Source: an uncultured Acidobacteriota bacterium (GTDB lineage: Bacteria; Acidobacteriota; Terriglobia; Acidiferrales; UBA7541). Taken from it: 64,000 nt of DNA. The notes under the pieces are model-generated. The model was given only the letters and a program-made list of their open reading frames with translations. It ran no database searches and was not told where the DNA came from. The translations under genes were made by a program, and so were the position numbers. The stretch lies in contig CAWDNN010000002.1 in NCBI GenBank assembly GCA_963803675.1, forward strand, positions 1,567 to 65,566. The letters are read 5' to 3'. The stretch's first letter is position 1. Every line of letters starts with the position of its first letter. Shown here piece by piece: positions 31,162 to 40,919 of the stretch.

Positions 31162-32177
31162 TTCCGGCCGGCTACAACGTAAGGGACTCCGTGATCCGGC
31201 CGGCCACGGTTTTGGCTCCGATGGCGGGTGTCACGGACACGATCTTCCGCCGCGTGATTCGTGGCTTGGGCGGCTGCGGACTGATCATGACGGAGTTCAC
31301 CAGCGCCGAAGGGCTTTCCCGGCAAATCTCGCGAACGCTGCGATATCTCTATTTCCACGAAGATGAGCATCCCATCTCCGCTCAGCTTTTTGGCGCGGAT
31401 GCGAAGGTCATGGCTTCGGCCGCAGCCCTCAGCGAAGAACTGGGCTTCGACTTCGTGGATATCAATCTCGGGTGCCCGGCGAAGAAGGTCGTCAAGTGCG
31501 GCGGCTCCGGGCTGCTGCGCGATCTGGAAAACCTCGAACAGATATTCAAGGCTGTTCGCGCCGCGATTCGAATCCCGCTCACGATCAAAATTCGTGCCGG
31601 TTGGGACGAGAGCAGTATCGTCGCCGTGGATGTTGCCCGCATGGCCGAACAATGTGGCGTCGAAGCCATCGCCGTTCATCCGCGCACGCGCATGCAAGGC
31701 TACGCAGGCTGCGCTGATTGGAACATTATTCGCGCAGTGCGTGAAGCCGTGAAGATGCCGGTGATTGGCAATGGCGACGTCCAGCGCCCCGAAGATGCTG
31801 AGCGCATGGTGCGCGAGACGGGCTGCAGCGCCGTGATGATCGGACGCGCCGCCGCTACGAACCCTTGGATTTTCCGGCAGATCGAGGAGTATGCGGCCAC
31901 CGGCCGCTACAGCGAACCATCGGAGCTTGACCGCTATCGCCTGCTCGCCGGCTATTTCCGCGACCTAATTGCCGCGGAGATCCCCGATACCATCGGCAAG
32001 ATGAAGCAGTTCGCCAGTTCGTTTACGCATGGCGTAAGAAACGGCAGCGAGCTGCGCCGGCAGGTCCACACGGCGCAGACCCCCTCGCAAGTGTTGCAGC
32101 GCGTTGAGGATTTCTTCGGCCCGCTCGTCGCCTCGCTTGGAACGAGCGAACGCGACCAACCGAAATCCGTCGCTTGA
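31158..32177 (+). CDS. dusB: tRNA-dihydrouridine synthase
   Basis: VLAPMAGVTDTIFRRVIR...DINLGCPAKKVVK.GGSGLLRD...IKIRAGWD...AIAVHPRTR...IGNGDV. Intact 339-aa ORF. Confidence 0.85.
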   Translation: MIPAGYNVRDSVIRPATVLAPMAGVTDTIFRRVIRGLGGCGLIMTEFTSAEGLSRQISRTLRYLYFHEDEHPISAQLFGADAKVMASAAALSEELGFDFVDINLGCPAKKVVKCGGSGLLRDLENLEQIFKAVRAAIRIPLTIKIRAGWDESSIVAVDVARMAEQCGVEAIAVHPRTRMQGYAGCADWNIIRAVREAVKMPVIGNGDVQRPEDAERMVRETGCSAVMIGRAAATNPWIFRQIEEYAATGRYSEPSELDRYRLLAGYFRDLIAAEIPDTIGKMKQFASSFTHGVRNGSELRRQVHTAQTPSQVLQRVEDFFGPLVASLGTSERDQPKSVA

Positions 32178-32394
32178 TGTGTTGTCATGGGGGTGGCCGT
32201 CACGCGGCGCATTGATTAAGCCGCATTTTTCACTAAAACCGCTAGCGCAGCGAGGAGCCAGCGCGTATTTCTCACTCCGAACTCGGGATGCGCCGCTGTG
32301 GTGTGCCGGGCGAATGCAGCACAGGATGCGACGCGCAATGTGCGGGCGCGACCCTGAGCTCTTTCACGATTCCATTATCGCTAACAAATTCGGC

Positions 32395-33315
32395 CTATTC
32401 GCGATCGGCCAAGAGCCGCTTATACGCTTCTCGGCGTCCGATGCCAAACTCCCGCGCGGCTTGCTTCAGCGCGGCTTTCCGTTCGAGGCTCTGCTCGCGC
32501 ATGATTTCGCTAACGCGCTTGGCCAATGTCGTCTTGGCGGGCAGCGCAGGCGTCTCGACGGCCGCGTTTTGGTCTGGGGGGCCGATCAGTAAAGTGATTT
32601 CGCCCCGCGCTGGATGCTCGCGAACGCGGGCAGCGAGTTCCGGCAGCGTGCCACGCAGAAATTCCTCGTGCATCTTCGTCAACTCTCGCGCGATGGTCGC
32701 CGGTCTGGGACCAAGTATCTCTGCGGCATCCGCAAGCGTCGCAGCAAGCCTGTGCGGCGCTTCGTAGAGGACAAGCGTAATCGCCAGCGCGGTCTGTGAG
32801 ACCATCTCAGCCAACTCCTTCAATGCGCGCCTTCGTTCACCGGTCCGCGCCGGGAGAAAGCCCGCAAAGAGAAACATCTCCGCCGGCATCCCCGAAGCCG
32901 CCAGTGCCGTGATCACGGCCGACGGGCCGGGCACCGGAATCACGGTGACGCCTCGGCTGACGCAAAGCGCAACCAACCTGTGCCCCGGATCGGAGATCAT
33001 CGGCGTCCCTGCATCGCTGACCAGTGCAATGCGAGCGCCCTGCTCGATCTCTGCCGCCAGTTCCGCTGCGCGGGTGGTCTCGTTGTGCTCGTGATAGCTC
33101 ACCACACGATTCTTGATTTCGTAGTGGGAGAGCAGCTTTTGCGTGTGCCGCGTGTCTTCGCACGCGATCACGTCGGCCTCCTTGAGCACGCGGAGCGCTC
33201 GAAGCGTAATGTCTTCCAGGTTGCCGATGGGGGTGGAAACGAGGTAGAGCTCGCCTTGCTGGCGGCCCGGTTTGGCGTTGTCGGGCATGCGTTTCGCCGC
33301 CAGTCTAGCACGCAC
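32395..33315 (-). CDS. rsmI: 16S rRNA (cytidine1402-2'-O)-methyltransferase
   Basis: LYLVSTPIGNLEDITLRALRVLKEADVIACEDTRHTQKLLSHYEI...ALVSDAGTPMISDPG. The true start may be the internal Met at 33288. Confidence 0.85.
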   Translation of the reverse strand: MRARLAAKRMPDNAKPGRQQGELYLVSTPIGNLEDITLRALRVLKEADVIACEDTRHTQKLLSHYEIKNRVVSYHEHNETTRAAELAAEIEQGARIALVSDAGTPMISDPGHRLVALCVSRGVTVIPVPGPSAVITALAASGMPAEMFLFAGFLPARTGERRRALKELAEMVSQTALAITLVLYEAPHRLAATLADAAEILGPRPATIARELTKMHEEFLRGTLPELAARVREHPARGEITLLIGPPDQNAAVETPALPAKTTLAKRVSEIMREQSLERKAALKQAAREFGIGRREAYKRLLADRE

Positions 33316-33388
33316 GCTGGCGTGCGGGCGCTACGCCGCTCGGGGCATGCTAGAATCTGCGCTACACTAATACTGTGAGGAAATAGGC

Positions 33389-33724
33389 GTGCCCCTTTAC
33401 GAATACGAGTGCAAGAAGTGCCACCACCGCTTCGAGCTGATCGAGAAATCAAGCGCTCCTGAAACGCACAAGTGTCCCAAGTGCGGCGGCAAAGGGGAGC
33501 GGCAAGCTGCAGCGCCCGCGATCCAATTCAAGGGCTCGGGATGGTACGTCACCGATTACGCCGGCAAGAATTCCTCGGCCCAATCCTCCGACGGCGAAAA
33601 GAGCGAGAAGAGCGAAAAAGCCGAAAAGTCAGAGAAGTCCGAAAGCGCAGACAAGGCAGGGAAGACAGAGAAGAAGGAATCCAAGGCCGAGAAAACACCA
33701 GCCAAGGGAAGTAAGAAGGATTGA
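33389..33724 (+). CDS. FmdB-family zinc-ribbon protein with Lys/Glu/Ser-rich tail
   Basis: MPLYEYECKKCHHRFELIE....HKCPKCGG is the CxxC...CxxC regulatory zinc ribbon. The tail is EKSEKSEKAEKSEKSES. GTG start. Confidence 0.75.
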   Translation: MPLYEYECKKCHHRFELIEKSSAPETHKCPKCGGKGERQAAAPAIQFKGSGWYVTDYAGKNSSAQSSDGEKSEKSEKAEKSEKSESADKAGKTEKKESKAEKTPAKGSKKD

Positions 33725-33765
33725 TTGCGAGTAAGTTGCTAGCCCGATAGCAACAAAGTGTAATC

Positions 33766-33786
33766 AAGGGGCATTTTATGCCCCTT
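33766..33786. terminator. Bidirectional stem-loop between convergent genes (fmdB-like and galU)
   Basis: AAGGGGCAT-ttt-ATGCCCCTT, a 9-bp perfect stem, flanked by T/A-rich sequence on both strands. A second 7-bp hairpin GTTGCTA-gcccga-TAGCAAC lies at 33735-33754. Confidence 0.5.
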
Positions 33787-33821
33787 GTTCTGAATTTCCC
33801 CGCCGAATCGGTAGGTAGTCG

Positions 33822-34712
33822 TTACAACTTAAGCGATTTTAGGTAGTTGCGGAAAGATTCTCCGAGGACAGGGTTCTCGAGTGCAATTTCAACAGTTGCC
33901 TTCAGGAAGCCCAACTTGTCGCCCGCATCGTAGGTCTTGCCCTCGCAGATATACGCCCACAGACCGCGCTTCTTCGTCAGCGCGCGTAGAGCATCGGTAA
34001 GCTGAATTTCGCCGCCGCGTCCTGGCTTGGTTTTCTCGAGATAGTCGAAAATCTCCGGCGGCAGCACATACCGGCCAGTGACTGCGAGATTCGAAGGCGC
34101 TTCGGACGGCTTGGGCTTCTCCACAAGGTCGCGAATGGCGAGGAGACGGTCACCCCAGCGCGACTCGCGGCTCGGCTTGGCATCCGCGATGCCATATAGC
34201 TGCGTTTGTTCGTGCGGCACCTCTTCCACAGCGATGGCCCCAATGCCGGTGGCTTCGAATACGTCGATGAGCTGCCGCGTGGCAGGCCGTTTGCCGGGCA
34301 TGATCACGTCTCCAAGCAGCACGGCGAAGGGCTCGTCGCCCACCAGCTCGCGCGTGACGAGCACGGCATGGCCCAACCCCAGCGGCTGTTTCTGACGCGT
34401 ATAACTGATTTGCGCCATCTCGCCGATATTGCGCACCAGCGCGGCTTCTTCTTTCTTGCCCTTTGAGGTAAGGAATCGCTCGAGGTCGTCCGAACTGTCG
34501 AAGTGATCCTCAATCGAGTTCTTACCCTTTCCGTTAACGATAATGATGTGCTCGATGCCGGAAGCGACGCATTCCTCCACCGCATACTGAATCAGCGGCT
34601 TATCAACCACCGGCAGCATCTCTTTGGGCTGTGCCTTGGTCGCGGGCAGAAAGCGAGTGCCGAGTCCCGCGGCAGGGATCACGGCTTTTCGCACCCGGGC
34701 ATGAGTCGGCAT
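33822..34712 (-). CDS. galU: UTP--glucose-1-phosphate uridylyltransferase
   Basis: MPTHARVRKAVIPAAGLGTRFLPATKAQPKEMLPVVDKPLIQY...LGLGHAV...VEKP. The ATG at 34712 is read from the sequence; the ORF track's extension to 35132 is run-on that overlaps tsaD. Confidence 0.85.
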   Translation of the reverse strand: MPTHARVRKAVIPAAGLGTRFLPATKAQPKEMLPVVDKPLIQYAVEECVASGIEHIIIVNGKGKNSIEDHFDSSDDLERFLTSKGKKEEAALVRNIGEMAQISYTRQKQPLGLGHAVLVTRELVGDEPFAVLLGDVIMPGKRPATRQLIDVFEATGIGAIAVEEVPHEQTQLYGIADAKPSRESRWGDRLLAIRDLVEKPKPSEAPSNLAVTGRYVLPPEIFDYLEKTKPGRGGEIQLTDALRALTKKRGLWAYICEGKTYDAGDKLGFLKATVEIALENPVLGESFRNYLKSLKL

Positions 34713-34848
34713 TCGAACAGACCTCCGCGGAGGTTCAGGCTTAAAACTCGATCTCAACTTCGCTTGGACGAACGATCCGAGTGCGTATGCTAGCATATAG
34801 ATTCCGGAAAACCGGAGACGGCGCGGTTTTTCTGCGCATTCACGAAAA

Positions 34849-35994
34849 ATGACTGTACGAATCCTGGGCATTGAATCCTCATGCGACGAAACCGCGGCTG
34901 CGGTTGTTTCCGATGGCCGCGAAATCCTATCGAGCGTTGTCGCGTCGCAAGTGGATATCCACCGCAAGTACGGTGGCGTCGTGCCCGAGTTGGCCTCGCG
35001 CGAGCATTTGCGCCAAATCGTTCCGGTGGTGCGCGAAGCGCTCGAGCGCGCAGGGCTGAAGTTCGCTGACCTGGACGCCATCGGCGTTACGCAAGGGCCG
35101 GGTCTGATCGGGTCGCTGCTGGTTGGCGTCACCTACGCCAAGGCGCTCGCTTTGGCCCTGGGCAAGCCCCTCGTGCCCGTGAACCATTTGGAAGGGCACA
35201 TCCACGCGGTCCTGCTCGAAGCGTGCAAGTCCAATCGCCAACCGAGGCTGCCGGCAGTTTGCCTGGTCGTTTCCGGTGGGCACACCCTGCTTTATGAAGT
35301 TACCTCTGCGGAGACCGGATCGGGCGCCGACCTTCGCTATCGCAGATTGGGCGGCACGCGTGACGACGCGGCAGGTGAAGCCTACGACAAAGTCGCCATT
35401 CTTCTAGGGCTTGGCTATCCGGGCGGCCCGGTGATTGATAGTTTGTCCGACCCTGCGCAGGCCATCGGCGGCGCCACTGGCAACCCGCAAGCGATTCGCT
35501 TCAGCCCAACCAAGATGAAGGGCAACCACCTCGATTTCAGCTTCAGCGGGATCAAGACCGCAGTTCTGTACCATATCCGCGCACATCCCGAACTGAAGCC
35601 AGAAATCGAGGCCCGGCGCGCCGCATTGGCGGCCGGCACGCGCAAAGCCGCCCAGCTTCGGCCGCTCTGCAGCCAGCAAACGCTCGATCTGGTGGCCAGC
35701 TTTCAGCGCACAGTGGTGGGGGAGCTGACAGGCCGCACGCTGGCCGCCGCCGAGGAGTTCAAGCTCGACACCATCCTCGTTTCCGGCGGCGTGGCTGCCA
35801 ATCGGGAGCTTCGGGAAACCTTCGCATCCGAAGCCAAGCGCAGAGGCCTGGACGTGTTCTTTCCGAGCAGGGAACTGAGCACGGACAACGCGGCGATGAT
35901 CGCTGCGGCAGCCTTTGCCCTCTATTCGAAGGGAGCGGGCGCCGGTACCGAGCTCAACGCCTTCCCGAACCTGCCCCTGGGCGTAAGTACCTGA
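34849..35994 (+). CDS. tsaD: tRNA N6-adenosine threonylcarbamoyltransferase
   Basis: [16 protein letters not shown]...[12 protein letters not shown]...[14 protein letters not shown]...NHLEGH...GGVAAN. Intact 381-aa ORF. Confidence 0.9.
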   Translation: MTVRILGIESSCDETAAAVVSDGREILSSVVASQVDIHRKYGGVVPELASREHLRQIVPVVREALERAGLKFADLDAIGVTQGPGLIGSLLVGVTYAKALALALGKPLVPVNHLEGHIHAVLLEACKSNRQPRLPAVCLVVSGGHTLLYEVTSAETGSGADLRYRRLGGTRDDAAGEAYDKVAILLGLGYPGGPVIDSLSDPAQAIGGATGNPQAIRFSPTKMKGNHLDFSFSGIKTAVLYHIRAHPELKPEIEARRAALAAGTRKAAQLRPLCSQQTLDLVASFQRTVVGELTGRTLAAAEEFKLDTILVSGGVAANRELRETFASEAKRRGLDVFFPSRELSTDNAAMIAAAAFALYSKGAGAGTELNAFPNLPLGVST

Positions 35995-36081
35995 TATGAA
36001 GCAAAAAAGGCCCGCAACCGCGTGCACTGAGCCTCCGTGCGGGGGGTTGCGAGCCTTGAATGGAAATTTCGAATTGAGATG

Positions 36082-36606
36082 CTACGCTTCGACGACTTCG
36101 GCTGTCACCGGCATTTCCAAATGAGCCTTGGCAAGGGATTTCACGAGCGCGCCTTCAATGTTTTCGGAAGAGGTGTTGCGCGCGGTGGCCAATTCGCTTA
36201 CGAGCAAGTACTTGGCGCGTTCAAGCATTTTCTTTTCGCGGAAGGAAAGCGGCTTAGTACGGCTCAGGGCCACCAAACTCTTCAGCACTGCAGCGACTTC
36301 GATCAACGATCCCGTTCGCATGCGTTCGGAGTTTTCCTTGAAGCGATGCTTCCAATCCGGATGGGAGCTGAACTTGCCCCGCTCCAGAAACTGGAGAACC
36401 TTTGTGGTTTCGGCGTTGCGGATGACGGAACGAAGCCCGACTGCGATTGCGTTCGTCTCGGGAACCATCACTTTCAGACCACTCGAAACAATGCGGAGCA
36501 TGTAGTACTGTTCGGTACGGCCATTTAGCATCCCATAATGAATCTGTTCTATTACTCCAACTCCGTGATTCGGATAGACTACCTTGTCGCCAATCTTATA
36601 GTCCAT
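36082..36606 (-). CDS. carD: CarD/CdnL-family RNA-polymerase-binding transcription regulator
   Basis: MDYKIGDKVVYPNHGVGVIEQI......YYMLRI...LKVMVP. The start at 36606 is placed downstream of the promoter below. Confidence 0.85.
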   Translation of the reverse strand: MDYKIGDKVVYPNHGVGVIEQIHYGMLNGRTEQYYMLRIVSSGLKVMVPETNAIAVGLRSVIRNAETTKVLQFLERGKFSSHPDWKHRFKENSERMRTGSLIEVAAVLKSLVALSRTKPLSFREKKMLERAKYLLVSELATARNTSSENIEGALVKSLAKAHLEMPVTAEVVEA

Positions 36607-36630
36607 GCCGGCCCCCTTGAGGATGTATAC

Positions 36631-36660
36631 ATTGTAAATGGTATGGGAATGCGGAGTCAA
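36631..36660 (-). promoter_or_regulatory. Sigma-70-type promoter for carD
   Basis: On the minus strand: TTGACT - 18 nt - TACAAT, ~25 nt upstream of the carD ATG, with AAGGGGG as a possible SD. Confidence 0.45.
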
Positions 36661-36708
36661 GATATTCCTATCAAAATGAAGGAGTTAAGCTGAATTTTGT
36701 TTTGGGAT

Positions 36709-36724
36709 TGGCACTTCAATTGCT
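36709..36724 (+). promoter_or_regulatory. Consensus sigma-54 (-24/-12) promoter element upstream of tsaB-rimI
   Basis: TGGCAC-ttcaa-TTGCT matches TGGCAC-N5-TTGCW at every fixed position. It lies in the carD/tsaB divergent intergenic region, ~50 nt upstream of the tsaB GTG at 36775. Confidence 0.4.
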
Positions 36725-36774
36725 CACGTTCGTGCCGACTCGAATAGCGTCATTTTCGGCTACAATTCTGCGCG

Positions 36775-37479
36775 GTGCGAATCCTTTCGATTGACACAAG
36801 CACGCGGTCAGGTGGCGTCGCGGTTCTCGAAGATGGCTCCGTCATGGATCACATCTTTGAACGCTCCGACGAAGCATACTCCTCTAGGCTGTTCCGTAGT
36901 TTGGACTTGCTGTTCTCGCGTCTAGGCCTAAGCGCGAAGGATTTCGATTTGTACGCGGTTGCAGCAGGTCCGGGCTCATTCACAGGTCTGCGTGTTGGTT
37001 TGACGGCGGTGAAGGCCTGGGCCGAGCTCTATGGCAAGCCAATCGCCGCCGTCAGCGGACTCAAAGCGATCGCCGCGCAATCTACCGCTTTATCAGGCTG
37101 CATTGCCGTGGCGATGGATGCGCGCCGAGGCCAGGTCTTCGGAGCACTGTACCGAGCCGGAGATGCTACCGGCAGGCTCGAACTGGTGGGTGAGGAAATA
37201 CTGGCGTCCGCCTCCGAGTTTGCGGCCGAAACGGTGGCTGTCGCCCGTAGCGAGTCCATTGCGTTCATTACCCCAACTCCGGAGCTATTACTGCCCACGG
37301 TCGTTGCCGCCGGTCTGCGTCCGGCCCGAGTCGAGCGGGCCTCGGACGACCTGGCGCCTTGGATTGGCAAGATCGGCCTCCGGCAATTCGAACGCGGTGA
37401 GACGGTCGACGCATTGTCCCTCGACGCAAACTACATTCGGCGCTGCGACGCCGAGGTCTATTGGAAGCAGTCCAAGTGA
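36775..37479 (+). CDS. tsaB: tRNA threonylcarbamoyladenosine biosynthesis protein TsaB
   Basis: MRILSIDTSTRSGGVAVLEDG...YAVAAGPGSFTGLRVGLTAVKAWAE. GTG start; intact. Confidence 0.8.
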   Translation: MRILSIDTSTRSGGVAVLEDGSVMDHIFERSDEAYSSRLFRSLDLLFSRLGLSAKDFDLYAVAAGPGSFTGLRVGLTAVKAWAELYGKPIAAVSGLKAIAAQSTALSGCIAVAMDARRGQVFGALYRAGDATGRLELVGEEILASASEFAAETVAVARSESIAFITPTPELLLPTVVAAGLRPARVERASDDLAPWIGKIGLRQFERGETVDALSLDANYIRRCDAEVYWKQSK

Positions 37480-37490
37480 GGTCGGTCTCC

Positions 37491-37973
37491 ATGGATGGAA
37501 ATCTCACAATGCGGCCGATGCGTCCCGAGGATGCCACCGCCATCGCAGCAGTGGATGCAGCCTGCATTGGATCGGCGCACTGGCCCGCAGCCGCATATAC
37601 CATCGAAGGAGCTTCCTTACTGCGAAGTTGGGTCGCCCAATTCACGGGGCGCGCCACACAAGACAATGCGATCGCCGGTTTCATCGCGGTGCGGTGCGTC
37701 GCGGACGAAATAGAAATCCTGAACCTGGCGGTTGCGCCGGAATCGCGGCGGCGGGGAATCGCGGCGCAGCTTTTCGAAGAGGCCCTGCAATACGCGCGGT
37801 TGCACGGAGTGCGGCGCGTGTACCTCGAAGTGAGAGAAACAAACGCAAGCGCCCTGGCCTTCTACGCGGCCAGAGGTCTCGAGCCGACTGGGCGCCGAAC
37901 TCGCTATTACACCAACCCCGTCGAAGATGCGCTGGTGCTCTCGCTCGCGTTGGCCGGTTCTGCGTCAGGTTAA
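37491..37973 (+). CDS. rimI: Ribosomal-protein-alanine N-acetyltransferase (GNAT)
   Basis: MRPMRPEDATAIAAVD...EIEILNLAVAPESRRRGIAAQLFEEAL...VYLEVRETNASALAFYAARGLEPTGRRTRYY. Directly follows tsaB. Start is either 37491 or 37509. Confidence 0.75.
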   Translation: MDGNLTMRPMRPEDATAIAAVDAACIGSAHWPAAAYTIEGASLLRSWVAQFTGRATQDNAIAGFIAVRCVADEIEILNLAVAPESRRRGIAAQLFEEALQYARLHGVRRVYLEVRETNASALAFYAARGLEPTGRRTRYYTNPVEDALVLSLALAGSASG

Positions 37974-38084
37974 CGGCAGTTTTCTCTAATGTATTTTTAC
38001 CGTGAAATCCTCTTGGCGGAGACGTTGCGCTGTGCTAGGTTTGGCCCGTTATGTGAACGCTTCTCCACTCAAAGGAGTCCACCA

Positions 38085-38345
38085 ATGTCCACTCCAGGGG
38101 ATATTCGTGAAGAGCTTCTGGCCAGCAATCCGGAGTTCCAGAGGCTCGCGCAGGAGCACTCCCGTTACGAAGCTCAACTCGAACAGCTTACCCGGTCCGC
38201 CTTCCTGAATGCCGAAGACCTGATCCAAGAAATCCAACTCAAAAAACTCAAGCTCCGGGCAAAAGACCGGATGGAATGCATTCTCGCCGAAGCCACTGCT
38301 AGGCGCGATTCGAGACGCAGCGTCATGGCCGCCGTGTCGCGGTAG
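38085..38345 (+). CDS. DUF465 (YdcH-like) small coiled-coil protein
   Basis: ELLASNPEFQRLAQEHSRYEAQLEQL......DLIQEIQLKKLKLRAKDRM follows the typical DUF465 pattern. Confidence 0.6.
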   Translation: MSTPGDIREELLASNPEFQRLAQEHSRYEAQLEQLTRSAFLNAEDLIQEIQLKKLKLRAKDRMECILAEATARRDSRRSVMAAVSR

Positions 38346-38444
38346 AAAGACTTTCACGGCCCGCTGGCCGCGAACTCTCTTCCATTCTGTCGTACAATGT
38401 GCCCGCAGGAGGCCGAACGATCCGGCTTCCCCTGATAGGAGCCG

Positions 38445-39059
38445 GTGGTCTCAGACGGGTACAAGTTTGCAGCGGCGCCGATCCTTCTCGGCGTTCTGGC
38501 GTTGGCGTTCGGCTGGTATGCCGCTGGGGTGGTTTTGCTGCTCGTTGGCGCTTTCGTTCTGTGGTTTTTCCGCGACCCTGAGCGCGCGATTCCGCCCGAC
38601 CCCTTGACGATCGTATCCCCGGCCGATGGCCGCGTGGTGGAAGTCGTCGCGGAATCTCTTGGAGACCGGTCCGGGCAGCGGATCAGCATCTTCCTAGCAA
38701 TCTGGAATGTTCACGTAAACCGGGCGCCGCTGGCGGGCCGCATTGCGGATGTGCAGTATCGTCCGGGACGCTTTCATATGGCGATGCGTTCGGAAGCATC
38801 ATCTGAAAATGAGCAGAATGTGATTCATCTGGAGACCTCGCGCGGCGAAATTGTCTTCAGGCAAATCGCGGGATGGGTGGCGCGGCGCGTGATTCTCTGG
38901 AAGAGAACTGGCGAAACCGTACAGCGCGGCGAACGGGTCGGGATCGTGCGTTTTGGCTCCCGCGTGGATCTGTGGCTGCCGCCGGAAGCCCAAATCCTCG
39001 TCAAGCCCGGCGATCATGTGGCCGGAGGATCGAGTATCGTGGCGCGATGGCCTTCCTAG
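38445..39059 (+). CDS. psd: Phosphatidylserine decarboxylase (short, membrane-anchored form)
   Basis: AGGAG lies 4 nt upstream of the GTG. SPADGRVV...NVHVNRAPLAGRI...RFGSRVD (self-cleavage GS motif). Intact. Confidence 0.8.
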   Translation: MVSDGYKFAAAPILLGVLALAFGWYAAGVVLLLVGAFVLWFFRDPERAIPPDPLTIVSPADGRVVEVVAESLGDRSGQRISIFLAIWNVHVNRAPLAGRIADVQYRPGRFHMAMRSEASSENEQNVIHLETSRGEIVFRQIAGWVARRVILWKRTGETVQRGERVGIVRFGSRVDLWLPPEAQILVKPGDHVAGGSSIVARWPS

Positions 39060-39872
39060 ACGATTCCATATCGGCGGAGCAGCAAGAGCTCTCTTTTCCC
39101 GGGCAGAAAGCCGGCAATCACCGGCGCAGGCGCGGAATCTATCTGTTGCCCAGCTTTCTGACGGTTGGGAACTTGCTCTGCGGGTACTATGCGGTCCTCG
39201 CCGTACTTACCGGCGGAGACTTGCAGCTCGACTACGCAGCTCGAGCGATTGGCGTGGCGATCCTGTTCGACTCGATGGATGGATTCGTCGCCCGTCTGAC
39301 GGGCACAGGAAGCGAATTCGGAAAAAACTTCGATTCGTTGGCAGACATGGTGAGCTTCGGCATTGCTCCCGGCTTCGCTGGCCTATGCCTGGGGTGTGCG
39401 GGGCATCGCCCGGGATTCCGCCGCCGCGGTGCACGTGATCGAGATCGCCTGGGTGGTAAGCCTGCTCTTCGCGATTTGCTGCGCATGGCGTCTAGCACGC
39501 TTCAACGTGCAAGGCATGGGCAGCGGCATGCGTTATTTCATCGGAATGCCGTGTCCCGCGGCCGCGGGGATGATCGCCGCGACGGTGCACGCCTTTAAGT
39601 ACCCGCTCGAAAGCTGGCACTGGTCGGTATTGTTTTTTACCCTCGTGACCATGCTCGCGCTCTTGATGACGAGCCGCGTGCGATACACGAGCTTTAAGAA
39701 CATCAATTGGTCTCGCCGCCAGCCATCCGTCATTATCGTCGCCATCGGTTTGCTCGCCTGGAGCATCGTCGTCTATTCTGAAGTGGTTCTGCTGGCGATC
39801 GCGGGTGTCTACACGTTTTCGGGTCTCACCATGCACGCCCTTCGCTTGACCAGGCACAAACCCCCAGCATAA
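39047..39872 (+). pseudogene. pssA: CDP-diacylglycerol--serine O-phosphatidyltransferase (one frameshift near 39370)
   Basis: YLLPSFLTVGNLLCGYYA...DSMDGFVARLTGTGSEFGKNFDSLADMVSFGIAP (CDP-alcohol phosphatransferase motif) in ORF 38873..39598. It continues ASLAYAWG...FIGMPCPAAAG in ORF 39363..39872. Overlaps the psd stop by 13 nt. Confidence 0.8.
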
Positions 39873-39882
39873 TGCGCGCGCC

Positions 39883-40919
39883 ATGACCTCTCCGGGTGAA
39901 TCCAGACGCATCGTCATCGCCGGCGCAACTTCGCTTCGCGGCAAGGAATTGGTCGAAGCTCTCGAACAGAGCAAGCTCGGCGCCGCTGAATTTCGGTCTG
40001 CTGGACGAGGAGATTGTTGCCGGAGCGTTAACTGAAGCAGGCGGCGAGCCCGTTGTGGTGCTGGCTGTGGACGAAGACAGCTTCGAGCGCGCGCAACTGG
40101 TGATTTTTGCCGGCAGCGCCAATTTCGCGGTGACACACGTCGAAGAGGCGCTGCGAGCCGGCGCGGTGGTTGTGGATATGAGCGGCGGATTGCTCGGCCG
40201 CGCCGGGGCGCGCGTGTGGATCCCGTCGCTAGATGCGCTGCTGCCGCCTTCAGCCGATGCTTCCGCGTCGAGCAGCTCGCGAGCGAGAGCGGGACGCGTC
40301 TACGTCTCGCCCAACGCCGCCGCTACCGTGGCGTGTTCATTATCCGCGGCTTTGGCGGATTGGCCCACTTGCCGCTTGACGGTTTTCTTGCTCCAACCTG
40401 TTTCCGAGCGCGGTTCTGAAGGCATCGAGGAACTCGAAGCGCAGACCCTGAAGCTGCTCTCCTTCCAGCCGATCGCGCAACCCGTGTTCGACGAGCAGGT
40501 CGCTTTCAATCTGCTCGACCGCTACGGTGAGGCGAGCACGGAGCGGCTCTCCGACGCCCGCGAAATGGTCGCGCTTACCGTGAAGACCTATCTTGATGGC
40601 CGCGCGCCGCCGCCTGCGTTGCAAGTGATTCAAGCGCCCGCGTTTTTTCATACGCCTTCAGCGCCTACGCCGAGTTCGATTTGCCGCCAGACCTGGCCGC
40701 CGTGGATGCGCGGCTCGAGGCGGCCGGCCTCAATTTGCGGCGCCGGGCGATCCCGCTCCCACCAACGTGCGCGCAGGCGGCGAAGCAACGCCCCTGCTCT
40801 CGCGTGCCGAACGCGACCCGAATCGTCCGAACGGTATTTGGGTCTGGGGAGCGGTAGACAACCTGCGTCTCGCCGCCGCGAACGCGGTCGCGGTCTCGGA
40901 ACAGGCGGTCGGCCTGTGA
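39883..40919 (+). pseudogene. Aspartate-semialdehyde dehydrogenase-family (USG-1-like) protein, frameshifted
   Basis: MTSPGESRRIVIAGATSLRGKELVEAL (NAD-binding), then LVIFAGSANFA...VVVDMSGG, VSPNAAATVA (a position where Asd normally has NPNC), QPVSERGSEGIEEL, IQAPAFFH, and WGAVDNLRLAAANAV. Breaks near 39995, 40655 and 40760. Confidence 0.6.

Noticed and set aside
33584-33724. Repetitive KSEK/AEKSEK coding repeats at the 3' end of the FmdB-like gene
   Set aside because: This is an in-frame low-complexity protein tail common in this family, not a nucleotide-level tandem repeat array or a CRISPR-like structure.
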